From positions 2,816,001-2,880,000 of the forward strand of contig OY969811.1 in NCBI GenBank assembly GCA_963703315.1: a DNA stretch of 64,000 bases. Direction: 5' to 3'. A program made the translations under genes and the position numbers. Origin of the DNA: an uncultured cyanobacterium. GTDB taxonomy: Bacteria > Cyanobacteriota > Cyanobacteriia > Pseudanabaenales > Pseudanabaenaceae. The notes under the pieces are model-generated. The model was not told where the DNA came from. It searched no databases and was given only the letters and a program-made list of their open reading frames with translations. The stretch's first letter is position 1, and each line of letters begins with the position of its first letter. Shown in pieces: positions 17,992-27,516 of the stretch.

Positions 17992-19323
17992 ATGACAAAA
18001 GCTAAGATTTACTATGCTCAGGTTGATGACTCTTGGACGAAGCAGGAAAAACTGGGATATCTGGAAAAGTTGGTGCATATTGGGAATGTGCAATGGCAGG
18101 AGATTACGCCCGATGCAAAGCATACTTGGCTGACTGAGGGGTTAGAGGATGAGTTTGATACTTTTATTCCAATTGGCAATAAGGAAACAAAAGATGATTC
18201 TCAAGATTCGGCAATATTTTCAAATTATGGTAGAGGCTTGGAATCTACGCGAGATAATTGGGTTTATAACTATAATCAGGAATCCTTAGCTAGAAATATT
18301 TCTGCTTTTATTAGTACCTATAATCAAGAAGTCTACAAGTGGCATAACGAAAGGAAGCCAGAGGATACGATAGATTCTTTTGTTCTATATGACGATCAGA
18401 AAATAAAGTGGAGTAGTAGATTAAAAGAATGTCTTGCAGCTAGGCATTCTATCGAATTCGAGCAAAGTAAAATCAGAAATTCTCTTTATCGTCCTTTTTC
18501 TTTTCAATATCTTTATTTTGACGAAGTACTCAATCATCGAAGAGGACAATTTCATTATATCTTTCCAAATTTCAAGGTAGAAAAAGAGAATCAGATAATT
18601 TGCTTAGCTGGAATTGGCAATAGAAAAGAATTTGGATGTTTTGCTTCAAATTTAATTGTTGCTTTAGATTTTGCCTTTGAAAAGTCACAATGTTTACCGT
18701 TCTATATCTATGATGAAGATGGAACTAATCGCCGCGAAAATATTACTGATTGGGCATTAGAAAAATTCCAAACCCATTATCAAGATCCCAAAATTACCAA
18801 ATGGGACATCTTCCATTACACCTACGCCCTACTTCATCATCCACACTATCGCCAACGCTACGCCGCCAACCTCAAACGCGAACTACCGCGCATCCCCTTC
18901 GCACCAGAGTTTCATCCCTTTGCCACAGCAGGAAAAAGCCTCACCGAAATCCATATCAACTACGAACAACAACCCGAATATCGCCTCAAACATATTGAAA
19001 ACAAAGACCTCCCAATCGATTGGCGAGTCGAAAAAATGCGCCTCAGCAAAGACAAAACCCAAATCAAATATAACGACTTCCTCACCCTCACAGGTATTCC
19101 CCCAGAAACCTTTGAATACAAACTAGGCAACCGTTCCGCCCTAGACTGGATCATCGATCAATACCAAGTCAGCACCGACAAACGAAGCGGTATCACCAAC
19201 GATCCTAATCGTCTTGATGATGAAGAATACATCGTGAGATTGATTAAGCAAGTAATTACCGTGAGCTTAGAAACCGTTAAAATTGTAAAAGGTTTACCAG
19301 ATTTAGGACTACCAAAGGATTAG
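17992..19323 (+). CDS. Type ISP-like C-terminal target-recognition (specificity) domain protein
   Basis: 'STRDNWVYN', 'SLYRPF', 'DIFHYTYALLHHPHYRQRYAANLKRELPRIP' and 'YKLGNRSALDWIIDQY...DKRSGITNDPN'. Confidence 0.88.
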   Translation: MTKAKIYYAQVDDSWTKQEKLGYLEKLVHIGNVQWQEITPDAKHTWLTEGLEDEFDTFIPIGNKETKDDSQDSAIFSNYGRGLESTRDNWVYNYNQESLARNISAFISTYNQEVYKWHNERKPEDTIDSFVLYDDQKIKWSSRLKECLAARHSIEFEQSKIRNSLYRPFSFQYLYFDEVLNHRRGQFHYIFPNFKVEKENQIICLAGIGNRKEFGCFASNLIVALDFAFEKSQCLPFYIYDEDGTNRRENITDWALEKFQTHYQDPKITKWDIFHYTYALLHHPHYRQRYAANLKRELPRIPFAPEFHPFATAGKSLTEIHINYEQQPEYRLKHIENKDLPIDWRVEKMRLSKDKTQIKYNDFLTLTGIPPETFEYKLGNRSALDWIIDQYQVSTDKRSGITNDPNRLDDEEYIVRLIKQVITVSLETVKIVKGLPDLGLPKD

Positions 19324-19371
19324 TCAATGTTAATATCTTGATAAGTTCCAGCAAGTTAGGACGGCAAGATT

Positions 19372-19623
19372 ATGAAAAGCCCCATCAAACTTCAGCAAAA
19401 CATCAAGTCATTTATTCGCTCCAATTTAGAAGGCGGCTATGTTGCTGAATGCCTAGAGATATCCGTAGTAACTCAGGGCGATACACTAGATGAAGTGGTC
19501 GATAATCTTTTAGAAGCCGTTTCATTGCACTTAGAAGGAGAAAACCCCGAAGATTTTGGCTTAGTGCCTAATCCATCAATTTTTGTTACCTTTGAGCTTC
19601 AACCCGAATATGTCACAGCTTAA
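19372..19623 (+). CDS. hicB: HicB-family antitoxin
   Basis: 'EGGYVAECLEISVVTQGDTLDEVVDNLLEAVSLHLE'. Confidence 0.85.
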   Translation: MKSPIKLQQNIKSFIRSNLEGGYVAECLEISVVTQGDTLDEVVDNLLEAVSLHLEGENPEDFGLVPNPSIFVTFELQPEYVTA

Positions 19624-19849
19624 ACGTCTTTCTGGGAAAGATGCGATCGCTATTTTCAAAAAATTTGGCTTTGAAGTTCATAGTCAACGAGGTAGCCATA
19701 TTAAGTTACGCCGCATCACACCGTCTGGGAAAGAAACCTTGACTATTCCCAATCACCGCGAACTAGCAACAGGAACTTGTCAAGCCCTTTTTCGGCAAGC
19801 AACGCGCTATATTTTGGAATCAGAGTTATTTCCTTATTTCTACGAATAA
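19610..19849 (+). CDS. hicA: HicA-family mRNA interferase toxin
   Basis: 'LSGKDAIAIFKKFGF...QRGSHIKLRR...TLTIPNHRELATGT'. Confidence 0.88.
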   Translation: MSQLKRLSGKDAIAIFKKFGFEVHSQRGSHIKLRRITPSGKETLTIPNHRELATGTCQALFRQATRYILESELFPYFYE

Positions 19850-19953
19850 TTAAAGATTTTACAAAAAAATATTAGAGCATTATCTGATTATGATAGAGCC
19901 GATTATGTAGATACAACTGATTGGGTGTTAGGGAAAAAGGAACTGGAAGATCT

Positions 19954-20250
19954 ATGAATACATTAGATAGAGAATATATATTAAATGAGTTGCGCGGTTT
20001 GAAATTAGAACTGCGCGATCGCTACAAAGTTACTAAAATTGGCATATTTGGCTCAGTAGCAAGAAATGAAGCGACTGAGGAAAGTGATATTGATATTGTT
20101 GTAGAAATGGAACCAAATATGTTAAAGCGAGTTGGACTTAAACAGGAGTTAGAGAGATTATTTGACAAAGAAGTTGATGTTATTCGTTATCGAAAGAGTA
20201 TGAATCCTTATCTAAAATTAGAAATCGATAGGGAGGCTATTTATGCGTGA
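19954..20250 (+). CDS. Minimal nucleotidyltransferase (MNT) antitoxin
   Basis: 'IGIFGSVARNEATEESDIDIVVE...LKQELERLFDKEVDV...IDREAIY'. Confidence 0.9.
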   Translation: MNTLDREYILNELRGLKLELRDRYKVTKIGIFGSVARNEATEESDIDIVVEMEPNMLKRVGLKQELERLFDKEVDVIRYRKSMNPYLKLEIDREAIYA

Positions 20251-20473
20251 ACAAGTAGATCTTTTGAAACTATTTTTAGAAATTGATGAGGCAATCAGAA
20301 GGATCGAGCGGCGTTTTAATGGAATTAAAGAGCCAGACGATTTTATTCGTGATATTGATGCCGAACAAATGCGACTCAAAGGAGATTACGATCGCACCGA
20401 ACGACTAGAACCTGAACAAGCAGATATTGATGCAACTGAAATTCGCGACATCATCACAGAATATAACAATTGA
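20243..20473 (+). pseudogene. Truncated or chimeric HEPN toxin gene
   Basis: Overlaps the MNT gene and has a DUF86-like N-terminus, but is only 76 aa and lacks the R-x4-H motif. Confidence 0.6.
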
Positions 20474-20662
20474 AAATTTTGGGCGGCAGCTAAACTTACC
20501 TCTAGCTGGCGGCGAAAGCGATCGCGCTTATCCAATATATAAATTTGGAGGAAAAAACCAATTAAGATTCACTCTTGTGACCTAGATAACGTTTAGAATG
20601 ATCGCTAGTGTCCACAATAAGTATCTGAATAGTGGATAACTGACGAACGAGTATTTGAAGAT

Positions 20663-21832
20663 ATGGCAACAAAGCAAGCAGCAATTTTAGTCTTGGCGGA
20701 TGGTACTTGTTACCGAGGCTATGCCTTTGGCGCATCGGGAACCGCGATCGGCGAAGTGGTATTTAATACAGGCATGACAGGCTATCAAGAGGTGATGACC
20801 GATCCCAGCTACCGAGGTCAAATTGTCACTTTTACCTGTCCCGAACTGGGTAATACAGGCGTAACCCCTGAAGATGATGAGTCCGATCGCCCACAGGTGC
20901 GCGGCGTAATTGCCCGAAATATTACGGCAGTACCTAGCAACTGGCGATCGCGTCAGTCTTTACCCGATTACCTGAAGGCTCATAACGTCGTGGGCATTGC
21001 AGGGATTGATACTCGCGCTCTGACCCGTAAGTTGCGATCGCTTGGAGCGATGAATGGCGGCATCTCTACAGAAATCCTTGATCCCGAAGTATTGCTGACC
21101 CAAGTAAAAGCGGCTCCCTCAATGCAAGGGCAAAATCTTGCTCAAGAAGCATCTACCGCAAGTATTTATGAATGGGCTGATAAAACTTTACCTGAATGGG
21201 AATTTGTCGAAGCTGACCAATTAAAAGGTGAAGCGCTGACCGTTGTGGCGATCGATTTCGGTGTAAAGCGGAATATCCTGCGCCGTCTTGCCAGCTATGG
21301 CTGTCGCGTAATTGTTGTCCCTGCTGATACCCCTGCGGAAAAGATTCTCTCTTACAACCCCGATGGCATTTTCCTATCCAATGGACCTGGAGACCCCGCC
21401 GCCGTTACTCAAGGCATCGAAACCGCTAAGGCTTTGCTAGCTGCGGATAAGCCCATGTTTGGTATTTGTTTAGGACATCAAATTTTAGGTTTATCGATGG
21501 GTGGCGATACCTTCAAACTCAAGTTTGGACATCGTGGACTCAATCAACCTGCCCAAAACCAAGCCGAAAATGCTGATCGCCGCGTGGAAATCACCAGTCA
21601 AAATCATGGCTTTGCACTCACAGGCGAATCCTTTGATGAATCGGCGGCAAAATTGACCCATATTAATCTCAACGATCGCACCGTCGCTGGTTTAGAACAT
21701 AAAACTCTACCCATCTTCTCGGTGCAATATCACCCAGAGGCAAGCCCCGGTCCCCATGATGCTGACTATCTGTTCGAGCGTTTTGTGAACTCCATGCGCG
21801 AACATAAAATTTCTAAGCAGGTTGCTGCTTAG
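20663..21832 (+). CDS. carA: Carbamoyl-phosphate synthase small subunit
   Basis: '[21 protein letters not shown]', 'FLSNGPGDP', 'GICLGHQ' and '[12 protein letters not shown]'. Confidence 0.98.
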   Translation: MATKQAAILVLADGTCYRGYAFGASGTAIGEVVFNTGMTGYQEVMTDPSYRGQIVTFTCPELGNTGVTPEDDESDRPQVRGVIARNITAVPSNWRSRQSLPDYLKAHNVVGIAGIDTRALTRKLRSLGAMNGGISTEILDPEVLLTQVKAAPSMQGQNLAQEASTASIYEWADKTLPEWEFVEADQLKGEALTVVAIDFGVKRNILRRLASYGCRVIVVPADTPAEKILSYNPDGIFLSNGPGDPAAVTQGIETAKALLAADKPMFGICLGHQILGLSMGGDTFKLKFGHRGLNQPAQNQAENADRRVEITSQNHGFALTGESFDESAAKLTHINLNDRTVAGLEHKTLPIFSVQYHPEASPGPHDADYLFERFVNSMREHKISKQVAA

Positions 21833-21867
21833 CCCTCACCCCAACCCCTCTCCCGTAGGAGAGGGGC
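21833..21867. repeat. Intergenic copy of the CCCTCACCCC small palindromic element
   Basis: ccctcaccccaacccctctcccgtaggagaggggc immediately after the carA stop codon. Confidence 0.8.
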
Positions 21868-21891
21868 TAAAAATCCATTTATAAAAACATT

Positions 21892-22986
21892 ATGCCAACT
21901 CCTGTAGCCACACTTCCCACTGATTCTGAAGGACTGTTGAAACTTTTGCGCCATAAGGAAGGAACTTGGGTGCAGTGGGGAATTGCTTGCCAAATGTTGC
22001 AAAAAATGGGAGAGAACTCCCTAGCAATTTTTGAGAATACTGGCTTTGAACCAATTCAACAAAACCAGATTGTGGTGGCTTCACAGGTTTATGCTAGTTT
22101 GCAAGCAGGTAATGCTAGCGATATTGTATTAGCCCATTTTGAGCAGAAAGGCAGTGACATTCTCAATGAGTTGCGCGTACTCAATCAATCAGAACGAGTG
22201 GCGATGGCAACCTTCGCCCTTGAAAAAAATCTTGATGTTTTGGAAGCGAAGGATATCGTTAAGGCAATTAAGGAAGCTTCCACTGTGGCAAATTTACCCG
22301 AAGGATTTACGCGCCATCCGGGGGATGCAGTGGTATTACAAATCCTGAAAGCAACACAGGGCAAGATTGATCCACAGGAACGCACTAGATTAATTGCGAG
22401 GGGTTTACGCTTTGCCCATAGTGAGAAGGCTCGGAAAGCGATCGAGCAACTGCTGATGGATATGACATCTCCAGCCAAGAAAAAGGCTCCCAACCTCCCT
22501 AATTTTCGTTATGACGGTGAAGATAGTATTCCTCGGATCTTGCCAGTGGTGGGAACTCTACCCCTATCCGTTGAGAAGTTCCAAACAGTTCCCCAAGTTT
22601 CCGAAACTGCTCCCTTTGGAATTGTCCATGCTACTAGTGAAGCGACATGGGCAACTCTACCCGGTTGGTTTGTGGTGCATGGAGCCGAGGATGGTGTAAT
22701 TGTTTCTTGTAATACTGATACTTTGCAAGCAGCGATCGCTCAAGCAGAAGTTGTCAGTGCCATTCCCAATCGGTCTGAGGATATCTTGGTACTAGTCGAT
22801 CGCGCTCAACGGGATTGGGATGAAAGTAGTTACTTTGCCATCGCTGGTGAAGATGGCAGTCTCAAGTTTGCATGGTTTGATACGCAGCCAGAAGTAGAAC
22901 TCTTAGGCAAAATTACTTTAACTTTGCGCCCGAAACGCTTCTTTGACGAAGCCGCATCCCAAGATCGTTGGCAGTTTGAAGAATAA
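21892..22986 (+). CDS. raf1: RuBisCO accumulation factor 1
   Basis: 'LRHKEGTWVQWGIACQML', 'FENTGFEPIQQNQIVVASQVY', 'GFTRHPGDAV'; C-terminus 'LRPKRFFDE...WQFEE'. Confidence 0.95.
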   Translation: MPTPVATLPTDSEGLLKLLRHKEGTWVQWGIACQMLQKMGENSLAIFENTGFEPIQQNQIVVASQVYASLQAGNASDIVLAHFEQKGSDILNELRVLNQSERVAMATFALEKNLDVLEAKDIVKAIKEASTVANLPEGFTRHPGDAVVLQILKATQGKIDPQERTRLIARGLRFAHSEKARKAIEQLLMDMTSPAKKKAPNLPNFRYDGEDSIPRILPVVGTLPLSVEKFQTVPQVSETAPFGIVHATSEATWATLPGWFVVHGAEDGVIVSCNTDTLQAAIAQAEVVSAIPNRSEDILVLVDRAQRDWDESSYFAIAGEDGSLKFAWFDTQPEVELLGKITLTLRPKRFFDEAASQDRWQFEE

Positions 22987-23003
22987 TAGGAAAATCAACT
23001 ATT

Positions 23004-23642
23004 ATGTTTGACAGAAAAGCGCACTGGCAAAAGGTTTATCAAAATAAGTCTCCCTTAGAGGTGAGTTGGTATCAGCAAGAGCCGAAACTATCATTGGAAC
23101 TGATCCATCGCACTCAGATTGCTAGAGATGAAGCGATTATTGATGTCGGTGGTGGTGCTTCCGTACTAGTGGATTACTTGCAAAAAGAAGGCTTTACGAA
23201 TTTGGCAGTTTTAGATATTTCTGCAACGGCATTGGATAGTGCTAAAAAGCGGCTGGGTGATTCTGCAAAAAACATCAACTGGTTGGAAGCTGATATTACT
23301 CAATTCCAGCCACCATATCAATTTTCAGTCTGGCATGATCGGGCTGTTTTTCATTTTCTAACGGAAGCATCCGATCGCCAAAATTACGTTAATGCTTTAA
23401 AACAAGGGTTAAGGCAAGGTGGTCATCTGATCATCGCTGCCTTTGCGATCGGTGGTGCAACAAAATGTAGTGGGCTGGAAATTGTGCAGTATGACTCACA
23501 CAAACTGAGTATAGAACTAGGAGAGGATTTTGAATTAATAGAATCAATCAATGAAATCCATATTACCCCAGCAAACCAAGAGCAGAAGTTTGGATATTTT
23601 CATTTCACGAAAGTATCACATAACAAAGGTTTATTTATTTGA
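23004..23642 (+). CDS. Class I SAM-dependent methyltransferase
   Basis: 'IIDVGGGASVLVD' and 'WHDRAVFHFLT'. Confidence 0.9.
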   Translation: MFDRKAHWQKVYQNKSPLEVSWYQQEPKLSLELIHRTQIARDEAIIDVGGGASVLVDYLQKEGFTNLAVLDISATALDSAKKRLGDSAKNINWLEADITQFQPPYQFSVWHDRAVFHFLTEASDRQNYVNALKQGLRQGGHLIIAAFAIGGATKCSGLEIVQYDSHKLSIELGEDFELIESINEIHITPANQEQKFGYFHFTKVSHNKGLFI

Positions 23643-23663
23643 TAAATATTAAGTAAAATCATC

Positions 23664-24011
23664 ATGAATGGGAATGAAAACTTTAGAAAAGAGCTAAGAA
23701 ATCACTTAAATCAATTTGAGGTATTTCTTCAACAAAAACTAAAACCTAGAACCATTCATCGACATTTATGCGTGGTTGACACTTTAATTGACTTCCTATG
23801 TTTTGACTGCAATGTAAGCAATTTTCAAGAGATTCATCGCAGTATGGTCTGTAGTCGCTTTCGGCGATGGTATTTCAGTAAGATAGGTGACTTTACCGAA
23901 AGTGAAGTTAATGTATCTGTAAAGAAGTTTTTTTCCTTTTTAGTATGTGAGCAGAAAATTGTGATCGGTAAAGATGTATTAACAGGATTAACTATTAAGT
24001 TAGAACCTTAG
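23664..24011 (+). CDS. Hypothetical protein resembling a stand-alone tyrosine-recombinase core-binding domain
   Basis: 'FEVFLQQKLKPRTIHRH...LIDFL...SVKKFFSFL' pattern; no catalytic domain follows. Confidence 0.55.
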   Translation: MNGNENFRKELRNHLNQFEVFLQQKLKPRTIHRHLCVVDTLIDFLCFDCNVSNFQEIHRSMVCSRFRRWYFSKIGDFTESEVNVSVKKFFSFLVCEQKIVIGKDVLTGLTIKLEP

Positions 24012-24028
24012 GAGGCTTAGTATTAGTA

Positions 24029-24481
24029 ATGGCATATAGCGATTTTGATCTAAGAAAGGTTAAGCAGAACCTCGGAGTCAATTTAATTGAAAGGGAGAAT
24101 CTTTTCTCTTCCATTCAAGATTTTAGTATCAGTACATATCTTCAAGAAACTTTAGCAGAAAATATTCCTCTGGCGCGTGCAATTAATACCGAAAAAGCGC
24201 GATCAGAGTTGATTATTGCCAATATTTTAGTTGAGTTGAGAAAAATTCTGGAGCATAAAATTAGCTTATTCTCTGGGATCGAATTTAACGTTGACAAAGA
24301 AAAAGGATTAAATGGGTTTTGTGATTTCATCATCAGTGCATCCACAGAACAGTTAATGTTAAGCAGTCCCATAGTTGCTGTGGATGAAAGTGATGTGTTC
24401 ATTGATTTAGATGAGTATCCAATTGAGAGTCCCAACAAAATTATCGGCATTCTCTTAGCAATGGTGTCTCAAAATGCCTAG
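24029..24481 (+). pseudogene. Cyanobacterial PD-(D/E)XK-like conserved protein with an apparent in-frame internal deletion
   Basis: 'MAYSDF...NTEKARSELIIANIL...LNGFCDFII' runs 'PIVAV' directly into 'DVFIDLDEY', skipping the usual EAK..GLGQC segment. Confidence 0.55.
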
Positions 24482-24657
24482 CATTGCTACCCAATTTTTA
24501 TACCACCCGCTACGCAGGTGGCACAAAAATCTGGATGCAAGCCTCAATAGGCTGTATGAAGATATATCTCAATTTAATGCTGAACTCAATTAAATTAGTC
24601 AATACTATAACATTCAAGATAATTAAACTTTACTTAATAATTAATGACAGTATTGTG

Positions 24658-25518
24658 ATGTCTTTTGAACTTATACCACTTCATCAAAATCATATTCCCG
24701 ATCTTGCACGCATCTGTCATGAGGCATTCTCACACCTGCATGACCGTCATAACATTCCCCGCGATATCCCAGATCTGGAAACTGGGATGATGATCATCTC
24801 TCATGTTGCTTCTCGTCCTGACTATACAGGAGTGGTCGCCACAATAGATGGGAAAGTAGTTGGATCTAATTTTTTGTTGCATAGCGATGAAGTTGCTGGA
24901 GTTGGACCGATTACTGTTGATCCAACTGTGCAGTCTCGCGGTATTGGTCGATCGCTTATGCAATGGGCGATCGCTGAATCTCATCGGCGCGGGATTCGTC
25001 AGACTCGACTCTTTCAAGAAGCAATCAACACAACCTCTTTATCCCTTTACACGTCTTTGGGATTTGAGTGGCGGAATTCTGCCGCATTGATGCAGGCTTG
25101 CCCAGCAAAAACTGATGATGCTTCCATTCGTCCTCTAACAGCAGATGATTTGGAGATTATCAAAACTCTCAGCATGAGTACCTATGGATTTTCCCGCGCT
25201 GGAGATGCATCACAACTTTTGGCAGCAAAGTTTCCAGCTTTCTTACGTGAACGAGATGGGCGTGCTGTTGGCTATCTCATTTCTAGTCTATTTGGATATG
25301 CAGGAGCAGAAACAGAAGATGATTTGCTGGCATTAATTGCCCACGCTGCTCGCCACGTTCCACCTGCACTGTCTGTATTTATCTGCCCCTTAAATATCCC
25401 TCATCTTTTCCATCGAGCTTTAGGTGAAGGTCATCGCACCATGAAGGTTGTCTCATATATGTCATTAGGTGAGTTTACTAGTCCTTCTGGTATCTATTTA
25501 CCTTCAATTCAATGTTGA
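24658..25518 (+). CDS. GNAT-family acetyltransferase
   Basis: 'GPITVDPTVQSRGIGRSLM' and 'SLSLYTSLGF'. Likely start is MSFEL. Confidence 0.88.
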   Translation: MSFELIPLHQNHIPDLARICHEAFSHLHDRHNIPRDIPDLETGMMIISHVASRPDYTGVVATIDGKVVGSNFLLHSDEVAGVGPITVDPTVQSRGIGRSLMQWAIAESHRRGIRQTRLFQEAINTTSLSLYTSLGFEWRNSAALMQACPAKTDDASIRPLTADDLEIIKTLSMSTYGFSRAGDASQLLAAKFPAFLRERDGRAVGYLISSLFGYAGAETEDDLLALIAHAARHVPPALSVFICPLNIPHLFHRALGEGHRTMKVVSYMSLGEFTSPSGIYLPSIQC

Positions 25519-25524
25519 AAATTA

Positions 25525-25606
25525 AAACCCAAGAAGTGAGTTGCGGCGCGAAGCGCCGCAACTCACTTCTTGGGTTTATGTCCTAAGCAAAACTTGTATT
25601 GCTATA
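25525..25606. repeat. GAGTTGCGGCGC-GAA-GCGCCGCAACTC hairpin with a GCTATA-ending arm (MITE-like)
   Basis: Perfect 25-bp stem at 25525-25577, continuing to gctata. A further hairpin (aaaacccaaaatggc-tat-gccattttgggtttt) lies at about 25621-25653. Confidence 0.8.
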
Positions 25607-25651
25607 TTTCTCTGGGTGTCAAAACCCAAAATGGCTATGCCATTTTGGGTT

Positions 25652-27202
25652 TTAGGTAATCCCTTGCAATGCTTGAATGGCTTGCTGTGTGCGCTTAATC
25701 CACTCCGCATCACGATTTTCTTCGTATAGCTTTAGTGCCTCTTGATAGGAGCGAATGGCATTACTCACTTCACCCCTGAGTGTATATAAAACACCTAATC
25801 CAAAATAGGCTTTCGCAAACTTCGGATTTAAATCGAGAGCTTTGAGATAGGCGGTTTGGGCTTCACCTAATTTACCGCGATCAGCATAGGCAAGTCCTAA
25901 GCTGGTATAGTCCACCCAGAGATCTTCTTTACCGATCGCAATGGTTTTTTGAAAAGCATCGATCGCTTCATCACTATTGCCTTGAGAACGCAAAAGATTA
26001 CCAAGATTACTATAGGCAACGGCATTTTTAGCATCAAGGGCGATCGCCTGACGAAACGCGCTAATTGCTTCGGAGTTGCGATTTTGATCGGACAAGACCC
26101 GTCCTAGATTGTTGTAAGCTGCCGCATATCTAGGGTTAATCGCGATCGATTTCTCATAGGCAGAGATCGCTCCTTCAAAATCACCTTGACGGCGTAAAGC
26201 TAAACCTAGACCGTTAAAAGTACTAGCGACCCTCGGATTAATCTCGATACTGCGTTTAAAAGCTTCAGTTGCTTCAGGAATGTTTTCTTCCCGTAATAAG
26301 GTACTGCCCAAAGCTGCATAAGCATCAGCATTGCGCGGATCTTGTTGACTGGCTTGCCGAAAAGTGGTGATCGCATTTTGGCGATCGCCTAATTGGTTAT
26401 AAGCCAAACCGAGGTTGTAATAGACATTTGGGAAATTAGGATCGATGCTCACTACTTTTTTATAGGCATCAATGGCTCCTGTATAGTCGCGCTCTTCATA
26501 TAGCGATATGCCCAAGGCGAAATGAGCTACTGCATATTGCGGCGCAAGTTCGAGCGCTCTACGATAGGCGGCGATCGCCTCTTTACGATTACCTTGACGA
26601 CGCAGTACTGTCCCTAAACCGTTATAGGCAAGGGCATATTTCGGGTCAGCCTCAATAGCTTTACGAAACGAGCCAATTGCCCCCTCAAGATTGTTTTGGC
26701 GCTCATGGGCTAAGCCTAAATTGTAATAAGCAGGGGCAAGATTAGTATCCGCCTTACTGAGTTGAATGAACTGGCTATAGGCATTGATCGCGCCAGTAGC
26801 ATCTCCCTTTTGATAAAGTGCAATCCCCAGTCCGTAATAGGCAGGTGTATAGTTTTTGTCAATGTTAATTGCTTGGCGATGAGCGTCAATTGCGCCTTGA
26901 ATGTCCCCCCGTTGGCGCAACGTTACTCCTAAACCATAATAAGCAGGTACAAACTCTGGACTCGCGGCGATCGCTTGACGATATAAGGTAATTGCGCGAT
27001 CGAGTTGATTCTGCTCTCGCAAAGAATTTGCTCTTTCTACCAGCTTGATCGGCGTATTTGCCAGTGGATCGCTTTGAGCAATCTGAATTGTCGTCGTAGG
27101 TAATGCTTGAGCTAAGGTGATTTGTTCAAGGACAGGAGATAGACTGCACATGAGCGGGAAAACACCCACTACTGCGATCTTCGTAATTGCGGTTTTGATC
27201 AT
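25652..27202 (-). CDS. Secreted tetratricopeptide-repeat protein
   Basis: N-terminal signal followed by about 13 repeats of 'AY.(N/G)LG..L...G....AI.AY..AI..DP'. Confidence 0.95.
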   Translation of the reverse strand: MIKTAITKIAVVGVFPLMCSLSPVLEQITLAQALPTTTIQIAQSDPLANTPIKLVERANSLREQNQLDRAITLYRQAIAASPEFVPAYYGLGVTLRQRGDIQGAIDAHRQAINIDKNYTPAYYGLGIALYQKGDATGAINAYSQFIQLSKADTNLAPAYYNLGLAHERQNNLEGAIGSFRKAIEADPKYALAYNGLGTVLRRQGNRKEAIAAYRRALELAPQYAVAHFALGISLYEERDYTGAIDAYKKVVSIDPNFPNVYYNLGLAYNQLGDRQNAITTFRQASQQDPRNADAYAALGSTLLREENIPEATEAFKRSIEINPRVASTFNGLGLALRRQGDFEGAISAYEKSIAINPRYAAAYNNLGRVLSDQNRNSEAISAFRQAIALDAKNAVAYSNLGNLLRSQGNSDEAIDAFQKTIAIGKEDLWVDYTSLGLAYADRGKLGEAQTAYLKALDLNPKFAKAYFGLGVLYTLRGEVSNAIRSYQEALKLYEENRDAEWIKRTQQAIQALQGIT

Positions 27203-27457
27203 AGTTAATAGTGCTTATAGCTGTTTTCTGCCATGAAAAGAAGAATTATTGAGTTAGTAAAAGCAGAAATAATCATGAGCAGTAAGTTTACAAATTAGAA
27301 GAGCTAAGTCTTGATCGATCACACCACATCAATGACTTTAGCAAGGAAATCTCCTAAATCAAAAAATTCAGTAATTTATTGTATTTGTAACCTTAATGTA
27401 GAGTTTTATACATCAGCCATCTCTATCAAAATATAGCTAGCTGTAGCCAGTGTTAAC

Positions 27458-27501
27458 CAGAAGACGAGTGGCGGCGCTTTACGCCGCCACTCGTCTTCTG
27501 A
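27458..27501. repeat. Dispersed GTGGCGGCG hairpin
   Basis: cagaagacgagtggcggcg-cttta-cgccgccactcgtcttctg, with a tatagc arm at about 27433. Confidence 0.75.
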
Positions 27502-27516
27502 TTTTAGAAATATTTC

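Noticed and set aside
15557..19323. Full Type ISP enzyme, or an intein/intron-split gene
   Set aside because: No SF2 helicase motifs, no intein termini, and no reverse transcriptase or recombinase in the insert. The halves are separate ORFs.
23004..25518. Integron cassette array
   Set aside because: No integron integrase and no repeated attC-like sites between the genes.
25541..25729. Short ORFs such as MRREAPQL..., and those at 2770-3222, 13569-13832, 38166-38435, 41856-42113 and 41993-42193
   Set aside because: They are translations of palindromic repeats or antisense shadows of real genes.
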